Shown one piece after another: positions 39,210 through 47,967 of a DNA stretch of 64,000 nt. The stretch covers positions 19,017 through 83,016 of IMG/VR virus record IMGVR_UViG_3300032046_000015, one strand, 5' to 3'. The position numbers and the translations under genes were made by a program. This stretch comes from a virus. The notes under the pieces are model-generated. The model saw only the letters and a program-made list of their open reading frames with translations. It searched no databases and had not been told where the DNA came from. Numbering within the stretch: the stretch's first letter is position 1; each line of letters opens with the position of its first letter.

Positions 39210-40103
39210 TCACTTTTCTTGTTTATTTATTGGCAGCAATTGTGCTATTGCTTTTAACACAGCTGGCCAATTATGTACAATCACTACTTTGCCCATAAAA
39301 GGCTCAAAGGAATGGATGTTGGATTCACTACCATTGTACCATACCACACCCAAACCCATCTTGCTCAAATCATGAACATGCTTGAAGGAATTTTCAACCA
39401 CGCACACTCTATCTAGCTTCAATCTGGACAATGCCTCACACTTGTCCCTCTCCCATAAAATGAAATCAACAACTATATTGTGTTGCTTCAACCACGTCAG
39501 TGTGTCTGTATATATTGTGTTAATTAAGTGTGCTGGTCTGGCTGTTAGTATCCCAACCTGATATCCCAATTCTCTTAAATGCTGTATTCCGTTGACAGCG
39601 CCATCAATAGTAGGCAACAAGCCATAACCACCTACCATCCTAAAGTCATGTTTGGCATCCTCATGATCTTTATGAGTGGGGTTGTCTATCCTTCTGGCTT
39701 GTAGCCACTGCGCTTCATAGGCAGCAAATCCGGTGGCATAATCAGCCACTACATCATCCATGTCTAGCACAATTATCTTATGTGGGCTTGTTATATCGGA
39801 TAACCACCTGACGTCAACCAAATCAGACTTGGCATAAAATGCTTCAGCAAACTCCTCTGGTTCTATGCCTAAGCAAATCATTAAAGCCAGCAGGTGCTTG
39901 TAAACGTCCACGCACTCTATCAAAGCCTGTCTCCTATCTGCTTGGTTGTCCCGCACATTCTGTTTCAACAACCCCAAAGCCTTCTTGATCTCCACTGCCT
40001 CTTCATGCAATCCGTGTATGTGCTCCAAGAGTGCTTGAGATAAATCTACAACAGGCCAGTGTCGTTGTTGAATTTTCTGACGTTCCCACATTTCTTTAAG
40101 CAT
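39210..40103 (-). CDS. All-alpha dNTP pyrophosphatase fused to HAD 5'-nucleotidase
   Basis: EEAVE..ECVDVYKH; DMDDVVAD, LTARP. Confidence 0.75.
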   Translation of the reverse strand: MLKEMWERQKIQQRHWPVVDLSQALLEHIHGLHEEAVEIKKALGLLKQNVRDNQADRRQALIECVDVYKHLLALMICLGIEPEEFAEAFYAKSDLVDVRWLSDITSPHKIIVLDMDDVVADYATGFAAYEAQWLQARRIDNPTHKDHEDAKHDFRMVGGYGLLPTIDGAVNGIQHLRELGYQVGILTARPAHLINTIYTDTLTWLKQHNIVVDFILWERDKCEALSRLKLDRVCVVENSFKHVHDLSKMGLGVVWYNGSESNIHSFEPFMGKVVIVHNWPAVLKAIAQLLPINKQEK

Positions 40104-41101
40104 ACATGCTCCACAAAGTCAGATAGTTTGTCCATGATCTTGTCGACAGTTTCACGTGGATTCCAGGAAGCAAATCTGCCCACTGGTAACACATTAATAG
40201 GATAGTTCAATTTTTCAGTCAATGGATATATGTGTCCAGGCAATGTTGCTCTGACACGTCCCAATCTAGCATCCTTGATTGTTTTTTGGATGATTGTTAT
40301 AGCCTTAATCCAATCTGGTTCTGTCACTCCAGTGATCTCAGCCATCCATACTTTCTGTTCGCAATCGCTGGTTGATATGCGATGTGGTCCACCATTCTCA
40401 GGAAAATACACATACTTATAGCGCCAGAACATTCTGGAGTGTGTGTGTGTATCTGCTATGTGTACTTTATTACACATAGTGTTAGGCATATGCCAAGCTG
40501 CCACTCTCCTAAACAACCAAAGTGGCAAACTGGTCACTACATAATCGAATGTGTCCACTGTATCATCATCCATATCTATGGACACTCCTGTTTGTATCAA
40601 ACTGAGTTCAACAACTTTGGCTAAATGAATGTTGATGTTTTTTCTGGCACGCTGTACAAAAGTATTAAAATCAATATCAATAATTTTTTCCTGCCCTGAG
40701 GCAGCATTCATACAAGTATTTGCGTATCCATCCATGGTTCCTCTTGTTTTCAAAAAATGAGCTTGCTGAATCTTTTCTGTTACCTCACTCAATGGAATGA
40801 TGTGCTCCTTCCACCATACTGCCCCTTCCACTTCATCAACAAAAAAAGGCACCTTCAATTGAGCCAAAAGTTGCTCCAATTGAGGGTGCCATTTCAATAA
40901 TTTCAATCCACCTGATTGCCATGAACCGCCAATCTCTTCTGATATCAGCGTCACATCCAATCCTTGGTTGACTAAATAGTTTGCTGAAACAAGCCCAAGA
41001 ATGCCACCACCTAACACAGCGACCTTGGCTGTGTTAGATGGTGTAGTTTGTGTGCGAGTATAGTGTATCATCTGTGTTAGGATTATATGGGATGAGGCCA
41101 A
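40046..41101 (-). CDS. FAD-dependent oxidoreductase (UGM/PPO-like fold)
   Basis: VLGGGILGL..EEIGG, DYVVTSLP, VGRFASW. Confidence 0.8.
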   Translation of the reverse strand: MASSHIILTQMIHYTRTQTTPSNTAKVAVLGGGILGLVSANYLVNQGLDVTLISEEIGGSWQSGGLKLLKWHPQLEQLLAQLKVPFFVDEVEGAVWWKEHIIPLSEVTEKIQQAHFLKTRGTMDGYANTCMNAASGQEKIIDIDFNTFVQRARKNINIHLAKVVELSLIQTGVSIDMDDDTVDTFDYVVTSLPLWLFRRVAAWHMPNTMCNKVHIADTHTHSRMFWRYKYVYFPENGGPHRISTSDCEQKVWMAEITGVTEPDWIKAITIIQKTIKDARLGRVRATLPGHIYPLTEKLNYPINVLPVGRFASWNPRETVDKIMDKLSDFVEHVCLKKCGNVRKFNNDTGLL

Positions 41102-41119
41102 CTTGTGGCCTCATTCCCT

Positions 41120-42949
41120 TTACACGTGGATGACACCGTCTGTGTTCAGTTTCTGTATAGCCTTGACCACGCCATCGGTATTGGCCTCAACCACGCCCAT
41201 GAGTCTGGCCTTGAACGCTCCATCAAACGCTGTGTCCTTGATGTCTGTCTTGAATGGTACAGCCTTTTGAGCGATATTTGTGTCTGGACATGGCAACCCC
41301 ACATCGATGTTTCCGGTGCGTGGTTTGATATAAAGGATAGCCAGACCTTGCTCCCTGCCTGTAGTCTTATGGCAGTACATGGTCAGGTATCCAGAACCAC
41401 CACCGCCCAATGGCGTCTTGTCGATGATGTAAAAATCGCCATCATTCTGTGCCGCTGCTTTGTCCATTAACGTCTTGCTGAACGCTGCCGCTATCTTGTG
41501 GGCCAGAGTCATGGCCAAGAGTCTGGACGGATTGTTAGGATCAAGCATGCCCGATATGACCTTGGGTTTTGGTTCTGCCTTGGCCTTGGGAGCAGCCTTC
41601 TTTGTCTCCTCTCCTGCTGGTTCTGTCGCTGGCTCAGAAGCATCCGCAGGGGCTGGTTTTTCTTTGGCCTTGGTATCCGATTGAGGCTTGGCTGTTGCTT
41701 TGGCAGCTTTGGGTTTTTCCTTGGCAGCTTTGGGCTTGCTTTTGTCCGGTTTGGCCTTGGCATCTGCTGTTTCCGCAGGAGTTTCAGTTGATGTGTCCGC
41801 TTTGGGTGCTTCCGCTGGCGCTGGCGTTGGTGTGTCCGCTTTGGGTGCTTCCTGTTTAGCCTTCTTGCCTTTGGACTTGCCACCCTTCTTCATCAACTCA
41901 GTTCCCTTCTGAAGCAGTGCGATGATTCCATCCTCTCCTGCTGTTGCGGCTGTTTTGACGATGTTAGTCCATTCGCCACCCTCAGCTTCTGCCACCGCTC
42001 TGGCGGCATCAGCTATAGGTTTGCACTCATCACGTTTGGCACATGGTTCCTTTTCCTTTTCCTGTTTGGCTGATGGGTTGCCATCGCACTCTGCGAGTCC
42101 AACCTCATAAAAGCCAACGCATCCACCACTTCCCTGTTCATCCTTCTGTTCGTCTGACATGTCGTCACCTCCAGTTAAAATTTGGCCAACCAAAGATTGG
42201 CTTGTCAATACACAAGATTTTTCGCCTGTGTCCTTATTATTTGATGTTGTAGCTAAAAGTATCATTTTGGCCTTGATCCTTTTTAAGCTGCTTTTAATTT
42301 GTCCAGTTGTTGCTCCTATCTTTTGAGATAGATAACTGATCACCTGAAAACTGCGAGTCAACACTTCTGCCAAATCCCGCAAGTCTTGTGGTGGATTCAG
42401 AACCATCTGTAGCACCTTCCTGTCTATAGGTTTGTCCAAAGATTCAAACAAACGTTGCCTATTCATTTTGGACACACGATTATGTTCCAAATCCATCAAT
42501 ATGGTTTCTGGTGTATTTCTGTGTACAAGCCAACAATCCTCTCTCTTATGGGCATGGTGGCCTAATGCCAATGGCTCCTCTGCCAACCATTGTTCTGGAC
42601 TTGGATACACAGAATGTGGGCTCAATTGTACTTTGTTGGTTTCGCTGTCTATATAATGTGGATTGCGCTTTTGTGCGAAGTGATATGATATAATCATGGG
42701 CGCCACATTATTCAGAGATTGGTAGAAATATGTGCTAAATTTGACACCTTTGTTGGGATCAAATTTCACCATAGCAGCCATAAGAGTCATCCTGAACATC
42801 TGTTCAATATCTGCCACATCCTCTCCTATCTTGAATGATAGTTGTATGGCCTTCTTGTGTATGAGTGGTGCTACACCATTCAACACCGTCTCAAACTTTT
42901 TTCTCACTTCATCCGGACAAGTGAAATTGTCTGGTACCAATTTGATCAT
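41120..42949 (-). CDS. Sigma-70-like factor fused in frame to a Cys4/Ala-Lys-Pro-rich protein (internal start at 42160)
   Basis: DIEQ..LMAAMVKFDPNKGVKFSTY (region 2); C-terminal HTH-like ISYLSQKIG; GAAAGGA RBS at 42949; GGAGGTGA RBS before 42160. Confidence 0.7.
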   Translation of the reverse strand: MIKLVPDNFTCPDEVRKKFETVLNGVAPLIHKKAIQLSFKIGEDVADIEQMFRMTLMAAMVKFDPNKGVKFSTYFYQSLNNVAPMIISYHFAQKRNPHYIDSETNKVQLSPHSVYPSPEQWLAEEPLALGHHAHKREDCWLVHRNTPETILMDLEHNRVSKMNRQRLFESLDKPIDRKVLQMVLNPPQDLRDLAEVLTRSFQVISYLSQKIGATTGQIKSSLKRIKAKMILLATTSNNKDTGEKSCVLTSQSLVGQILTGGDDMSDEQKDEQGSGGCVGFYEVGLAECDGNPSAKQEKEKEPCAKRDECKPIADAARAVAEAEGGEWTNIVKTAATAGEDGIIALLQKGTELMKKGGKSKGKKAKQEAPKADTPTPAPAEAPKADTSTETPAETADAKAKPDKSKPKAAKEKPKAAKATAKPQSDTKAKEKPAPADASEPATEPAGEETKKAAPKAKAEPKPKVISGMLDPNNPSRLLAMTLAHKIAAAFSKTLMDKAAAQNDGDFYIIDKTPLGGGGSGYLTMYCHKTTGREQGLAILYIKPRTGNIDVGLPCPDTNIAQKAVPFKTDIKDTAFDGAFKARLMGVVEANTDGVVKAIQKLNTDGVIHV

Positions 42950-43052
42950 AATTTGCCATCCTTTCATAAGTGTGCTTGGCCCCACCACTCCAAGCACGTG
43001 TCCCGTTGGACATGACCTTGTGTCCAACTACCATTGGCTGGAAGACTTTGAT

Positions 43053-43127
43053 CTGACTCTATCTCTGTCAGGCTGGAAGCAAGTCAACTTTCCAGCGACA
43101 TCCGCTGTGTGTAGCGGATGTTTCGAT
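43053..43127 (-). ncRNA. Type II hammerhead ribozyme HH1 (variant core CUGACAGA)
   Basis: AUC-GAAA-CAUCCGCU/AGCGGAUG-UC|GCUGGAA/UUCCAGC-CUGACAGA-GAU; loop UGACU pairs with downstream AGUCA; predicted cut 43097/43096. Confidence 0.75.
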
Positions 43128-43164
43128 TGTCTTGACCAAGCCTTCACGGTCATTAATATCTTTG

Positions 43165-43749
43165 TCACTTCATCCGTTCAAGATCATCCCTGCTCCAACT
43201 CCTCTGGTTGGTTATATACCTGGCATAATGCCTGTGTAAACGTTTCATGTCATCCAGATTATCACCGCAAATTTCATTCCAAATATCGTGCCAACCCCAA
43301 TCAAATTTGCGGCCATCGGATAACGTTGGTTTGAATGTGTAGGCATCATGGCAAATGACATGTAACTTGTTTAAGTGTGTAAGGTGTGGCATTACCAAGT
43401 CTATGACTTCAGGTTGAATCTCTATTACCAAAACATATTCAACTTCATCCTTGCTGGCAACCGCACTGGCAATCACACCCAAACCCAATCCTGATATGAA
43501 GACACGACCTTCTGCCTTGTGGTAGAAATGTTGGTGCATCCTCATCTCCATAGGAGTGTCGGTCATCACTATGCCGCCTTGATGTGTCAATCTTGTGTAC
43601 TCTCCTGGATCAACCATAGTCTGTGGCCTTCTGTTGATGAGAGCACGCAAATTGGCAAACTCTGCTTGTTCTTTTGTGATTGTGAACTTATCTATAGCCC
43701 AATCACCCTTCTTGCCTTCTGGCACAATCGCTTTGCTTAACATGGTCAT
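43165..43749 (-). CDS. SAM-dependent methyltransferase-like (spermidine synthase-like fold)
   Basis: VFISGLGLG, VIEIQPEVIDLV, DAY, WHDIW. Confidence 0.75.
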   Translation of the reverse strand: MTMLSKAIVPEGKKGDWAIDKFTITKEQAEFANLRALINRRPQTMVDPGEYTRLTHQGGIVMTDTPMEMRMHQHFYHKAEGRVFISGLGLGVIASAVASKDEVEYVLVIEIQPEVIDLVMPHLTHLNKLHVICHDAYTFKPTLSDGRKFDWGWHDIWNEICGDNLDDMKRLHRHYARYITNQRSWSRDDLERMK

Positions 43750-43758
43750 TCTCTCCTC

Positions 43759-44172
43759 TTAACTGAACTTGTATTCAGGTGGTTCATTAATGTTTTGGAT
43801 TTCATGTTCCTGCTGGTCAACATCGCCAGTGGTGAAGATAGAGACAACATGGCAATATGAAGCATCTGCCAACACTTCCGCAACTTCACTTGCGTAGTCA
43901 ATCAGATCAGACACAAAGCTCAATACTATTTCACCGCCATCAGAAGTGCGGACAACATGCCAGTTATCCCTATCAAACATATATGAATATTCATGTCCTC
44001 TTATCCGCACTGGTTGTTTACCTTCTTCATACAGGAGTGTGTAAAACTCCACAAATTGATCCTTCATATCGTTGATACTGGTTCTGTCATCTATGTCGGT
44101 GCCATATAATTTACACAACAGTATCAGATGTTTTGGATTGATGATATCCTTCTTGCCTGGAATGCTTTTCAT
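43759..44172 (-). CDS. Hypothetical protein
   Basis: 137 aa, GAGGA RBS. Confidence 0.6.
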   Translation of the reverse strand: MKSIPGKKDIINPKHLILLCKLYGTDIDDRTSINDMKDQFVEFYTLLYEEGKQPVRIRGHEYSYMFDRDNWHVVRTSDGGEIVLSFVSDLIDYASEVAEVLADASYCHVVSIFTTGDVDQQEHEIQNINEPPEYKFS

Positions 44173-44187
44173 TTCATCCTCTCCTCT

Positions 44188-44565
44188 TTACTTTCTGGCT
44201 GCGTTGACTATGTTGTTGATTGCTTCATTGATCTTGCTTACAGCAGATGATAAATCTTTGTATGTGGCGAATAGTGTGGCACGCTCTGGTGTAATGTCAT
44301 GAACCTGATTCTTGGGTATGCGAACATAGTCACTTTTATCCACTAATTTCCACACGTCCGTGATCTTTGTTCCCTGTGTTGTTTCTATGTGTCCAATCAG
44401 ACTGTATTTGTCCTCAAGTGTTTTTGGTCCAATTGCGAACACATACTCTGGTGTCTCTTTAACATACACCATCTCTATGATTGCCGGTTGCCAATCGCCA
44501 TACCTTCTGTATGACACCCAATAAAATTTGTCTCCTCTGTTCATTTCCTTGTACCATCCTTTCAT
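44188..44565 (-). CDS. Hypothetical protein
   Basis: ORF directly downstream of HH2. Confidence 0.6.
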   Translation of the reverse strand: MKGWYKEMNRGDKFYWVSYRRYGDWQPAIIEMVYVKETPEYVFAIGPKTLEDKYSLIGHIETTQGTKITDVWKLVDKSDYVRIPKNQVHDITPERATLFATYKDLSSAVSKINEAINNIVNAARK

Positions 44566-44577
44566 GTGTTAAATTCT

Positions 44578-44650
44578 GGTGACTTGCCATCATCAGGCCA
44601 ACGGTGGTCAACCATTGACGACATCCGCTGTGTGTAGCGGATGTTTCGGC
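44578..44650 (-). ncRNA. Type II hammerhead ribozyme HH2
   Basis: GCC-GAAA-CAUCCGCU/AGCGGAUG-UC|GUCAAUGG/CCGUUGGC-CUGAUGA-U-GGC; loop UGAC with downstream GUCA; predicted cut 44620/44619. Confidence 0.88.
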
Positions 44651-44657
44651 ATGCTTG

Positions 44658-44861
44658 TTAACAAATTCCATTCACTTCACCATGCTCCATCTTGCGTTGG
44701 AATTTGATTTTGGGGTGATACCTTTTGGCTGTCTCTTTTATCCTCTTTAATCGTGTGTCCTTGAAACAGTCAATCAACTCCTCTCCATCAAACACTTCAA
44801 CCCTGTATCCTTCCAACTCGCCTGTGTTCTGCCAAACCACTCTTACAATCACTGCTCTCAT
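44658..44861 (-). CDS. Hypothetical protein (MRAVIVRV..)
   Basis: GAAAGGA RBS before ATG 44861. Confidence 0.55.
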   Translation of the reverse strand: MRAVIVRVVWQNTGELEGYRVEVFDGEELIDCFKDTRLKRIKETAKRYHPKIKFQRKMEHGEVNGIC

Positions 44862-45177
44862 TGGACATCCTTTCATATGTGATTTCAGAATACACTCTGA
44901 TTGTTTCATATCTTGATGCGAATCCAAGTGGCCCTTTTTGTGGATAATTCACAGCCAAACCCCAGTGCCTTATTTTTGTCACTTTGGGAGCAGACATTTT
45001 CAGCCACCTATTGCCATGCTTTTGCCAAGCCTTCTGCGCTGCTTCACTCCTGCTATTGGCAAACATTTTCACTGTTTCCATATATAGCGTAACACCTTTG
45101 GGCCAGCTATCCTTTGGAAAATAACACTTTGGTATGCTGACCTTATATAGTTGTGTTCCCTTGGGCGCCATTGGCAT
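44797..45177 (-). CDS. Hypothetical protein
   Basis: GAGGAGAGG RBS. Confidence 0.55.
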   Translation of the reverse strand: MPMAPKGTQLYKVSIPKCYFPKDSWPKGVTLYMETVKMFANSRSEAAQKAWQKHGNRWLKMSAPKVTKIRHWGLAVNYPQKGPLGFASRYETIRVYSEITYERMSNESSDCKSGLAEHRRVGRIQG

Positions 45178-45709
45178 CCTCTCCTCTCCGCATATAGCGT
45201 TGTCTGACCTGATCCAAAGAATTCATGTCCATTTTGGCTTTGTTATCAGTTGACCCCAGCACCGTCTGTTTTCCGTTGTTTCCAACTTTTACCACTTCCA
45301 CAACTCCACCCTTCCAACTGAATGTGGTCTGTTCCTTCTGCGGTTTCATTTCCTTTGTCTCAGGAGTGGCTTCAACTTGTGCTGTGGATTCCGGTGTGTT
45401 GCCGTTATTCTCATTGGCAATCTCTGTCAACTGCTTGCGATATTTGGTCAGCATTTTCCTGATCGCTGCCGCTTGCTTGTCTGTGAAATTCTTGCACTTT
45501 CCAAACGATTCAATCAGTGATCCAGAGAATGGTGCGTCCATCTTGTTGAATCCTCTTTTGTTAGTGATGTGGGTATCATGTGTGCTCTGTTCATCCGTTG
45601 TTTGCCTGTCCCACATTTTATTGAGTGGTCTGATCAAAGCCTTCTTGTCCATTCTTTGAATCAGCGCCACCACCTCATCCTCTGTCCATACCTTGTTCGC
45701 CATTGTCAT
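45143..45709 (-). CDS. Conserved phage hypothetical protein
   Basis: RQTTDEQ..NKRGFNKMDA..KYRKQL pattern; GAGGAG RBS. Confidence 0.7.
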   Translation of the reverse strand: MTMANKVWTEDEVVALIQRMDKKALIRPLNKMWDRQTTDEQSTHDTHITNKRGFNKMDAPFSGSLIESFGKCKNFTDKQAAAIRKMLTKYRKQLTEIANENNGNTPESTAQVEATPETKEMKPQKEQTTFSWKGGVVEVVKVGNNGKQTVLGSTDNKAKMDMNSLDQVRQRYMRRGEDANGAQGNTTI

Positions 45710-45730
45710 TCTCCTCTCTGTGTAGTTATC

Positions 45731-45811
45731 CGTTGATTTGTCTCATCGGCACGCAGGTAATCAACGCTGCGTGGACAGAGGAATGTGGCTGGTCACTCCT
45801 CTGTTTCGACA
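45731..45811 (-). ncRNA. Type II hammerhead ribozyme HH3 (variant core CCGAUGA)
   Basis: UGUC-GAAA-CAGAGGA/UCCUCUG-UC|CACGCAG/CUGCGUG-CCGAUGA-GACA; 8-bp pseudoknot CGUUGAUU/AAUCAACG; predicted cut 45774/45773. Confidence 0.85.
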
Positions 45812-45816
45812 GTTGA

Positions 45817-47865
45817 TCAAATATGTTTGATCATGTGTTTCTTTAGGATGTTTAGAATAACAGCAGGCATCTTGTCCATGTCATTGATCACAGCATACTC
45901 TGGATAGAATTGCTTAACATAGTCAACGTCCAAACCTATGCCAATCAACTCTATTCCTGCTTTGATCACTTTTCTAATGACATTATTCAGATCAGATTTC
46001 AACAAGCTCAAATCGGTGCCCCACTCCAGATTAGGTTGGCCATCCGATAGCACTATCAGCATCTTGCGTTTTTCTGTACGCTCAGCCAAACGTTTGGCTG
46101 CGAACATGATGCTTTCATTATCACAATTACAACTACTACTATTATTATCCAAACCAAGTAATCTATACTTGGCCTGATTATAGTTGTCGTTGAAGGATTT
46201 TGCGATGTAGTGTCGCAATCCCCAATAACGGTTGTAGTGACCATGAGCTTGTTCATAGTGCTTCTGAAATTCTTCAAACTTCTTATCGCCAGACTGTTTG
46301 GCATCGCCACAACGTCTTGGATGTAGTGCGTTGAAGCCAATAATTTCTATGGCAATCCCCAGCTGATTAAGTATTTCAGACAAGATCAACGCTGTCTGCC
46401 TTGCCATATGAATCTTGTTTCCTGCCATGGAACCAGAACAATCAATCAATAGCGTCACAGCAGTATCCAATTCCACTTTAGCAGATGGCTGAAAGAAAAT
46501 TTGTTTGCTTCCAGTCCTTAACCTGTACAGTGCACCGTTGTCCAAGCTGCCGCTATCCTGATCCATGACAGCGCCACGATGAGTGCGTGATCTCAACAGT
46601 GAAATGATCTTTGATCGCAACGCAGACACATTCCGTTTGACAGAATCAAACTCAGCCTTGTAGTGATCGTGTCCAACCGCAAGTGGTGTGATCTCTCTGT
46701 CCAACTTGACAGCTTCAGGATGAGGCAAATGGCGATGCTGTGATTTAGCTGTGTCCATTGCCTTCTGTGCCAACTCATCCTTTGTAGCGTTCATCAGATC
46801 ATCCGTGGTTTTGGTAGTCTCAGCTTCGTCGATGAAATCAGCGATGTCCTTTGGTTCTATTGAGTGATTGTAGTCTATATCACCACCGCTGGACTTATCC
46901 GTCAACTTTTTGCCATCAGATTTGGCATCGCTGCTGTCGTTGCTCTCAACCCCTCTCCCTTGACCTGGGCCATCTTCACCATCCTCATCCTCTTCATCGC
47001 TGTCGCCATCGCTGTCGCTATCCTCTCCAGCGTCACTCTCCTCTTCACCACTCTCCTCTTCAACGTCTTCACCCTCATCCTCTTCATCAGCACCACCGTT
47101 GCCCTGTCCACTCTCCTCTTCACCACTCTCCTCTTCAACATCATCCGGTTGAGGAGTGTTCTTGCCCTTGCCTTTGCCGCTATCCTTCTTGTTATCTTTT
47201 TGCTCTTGAGCTTTCTGCTGTTTAGCTTGCTGTTCCTGCTGCTGTTGTAACTCCTCTTTATAATCGCCCAAAGCCTTGAGTGTGTCTCTGGCTAGATCAA
47301 AAGCCTGTTGGTAATCGGATACAGAATTGGCTTTTGACCAAGTTGGCCTTAAAGCCTCAACGATGGCCTGTGCCTCTTTAGGTAACCACGACACGTCATA
47401 ACCCATCAACCTGCCCAAGATACCCATGCCAATCGCTTTGAACGGATCAATCTGATCTCTATTCCTTTTGGCAGATACAAAACCATGATCATTGGCAGCT
47501 TTGATGTTCTGCGAACAGCCAATCAACTCTCCAGATAGTTCACGTTCAATCCTATAATCCTCAAACACGTTGAACAACTGCTTGAGTTTATTGTCCGTTG
47601 TGTTCTTCAGCAAATCCAACGGTGTAGTGCGCCCAGCTTCTTGTGCCTTGCGCTGTACTTCCACGTGCTTCCACTCATGATCCAACAATCCTTCCAACAC
47701 ACTCGCATCCGCATCCTTCATATCGTCAGCATTGACAGGGATGTTAATGGTGTCTATCATGTTAGTATCACACCTGAAACCAGACAGCTGAACGTTGATG
47801 TTAAAGTTGCGTGAGAACGTCCTTGCTATCTTTGTCCATCTTGTGTCCAATCTGTTACCAGCCAT
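45817..47865 (-). CDS. CobT-like VWA protein with N-terminal HExxH domain and acidic linker
   Basis: LDHEWKH..NVFEDYRIE; LLIDCSGSM MIDAS; VLSDGQP; IGIG. Confidence 0.88.
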   Translation of the reverse strand: MAGNRLDTRWTKIARTFSRNFNINVQLSGFRCDTNMIDTINIPVNADDMKDADASVLEGLLDHEWKHVEVQRKAQEAGRTTPLDLLKNTTDNKLKQLFNVFEDYRIERELSGELIGCSQNIKAANDHGFVSAKRNRDQIDPFKAIGMGILGRLMGYDVSWLPKEAQAIVEALRPTWSKANSVSDYQQAFDLARDTLKALGDYKEELQQQQEQQAKQQKAQEQKDNKKDSGKGKGKNTPQPDDVEEESGEEESGQGNGGADEEDEGEDVEEESGEEESDAGEDSDSDGDSDEEDEDGEDGPGQGRGVESNDSSDAKSDGKKLTDKSSGGDIDYNHSIEPKDIADFIDEAETTKTTDDLMNATKDELAQKAMDTAKSQHRHLPHPEAVKLDREITPLAVGHDHYKAEFDSVKRNVSALRSKIISLLRSRTHRGAVMDQDSGSLDNGALYRLRTGSKQIFFQPSAKVELDTAVTLLIDCSGSMAGNKIHMARQTALILSEILNQLGIAIEIIGFNALHPRRCGDAKQSGDKKFEEFQKHYEQAHGHYNRYWGLRHYIAKSFNDNYNQAKYRLLGLDNNSSSCNCDNESIMFAAKRLAERTEKRKMLIVLSDGQPNLEWGTDLSLLKSDLNNVIRKVIKAGIELIGIGLDVDYVKQFYPEYAVINDMDKMPAVILNILKKHMIKHI
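47034..47139. repeat. 31-bp direct repeat in acidic linker (VEEESGEEES x2)
   Basis: Copies at 47034-47064 and 47109-47139. Confidence 0.8.
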
Positions 47866-47891
47866 TGTCTTGTCCTTTCATGTGTTATTTT

Positions 47892-47965
47892 CTGACAACC
47901 TATCATCGTCAGTTACCAGAGGTCAACCTGGTAAGACAGCCGCACTGTGTACGGCTGTTTCGATA
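47892..47965 (-). ncRNA. Type II hammerhead ribozyme HH4
   Basis: UAUC-GAAA-CAGCCGU/GCGGCUG-UC|UUACCAG/CUGGUAA-CUGACGA-U-GAUA; predicted cut 47935/47934. Confidence 0.88.
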
Positions 47966-47967
47966 TG

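Noticed and set aside
42950-43027. ORF-track start at 43027 for the sigma-like gene
   Set aside because: Falls in hairpin leader; RBS supports ATG at 42949
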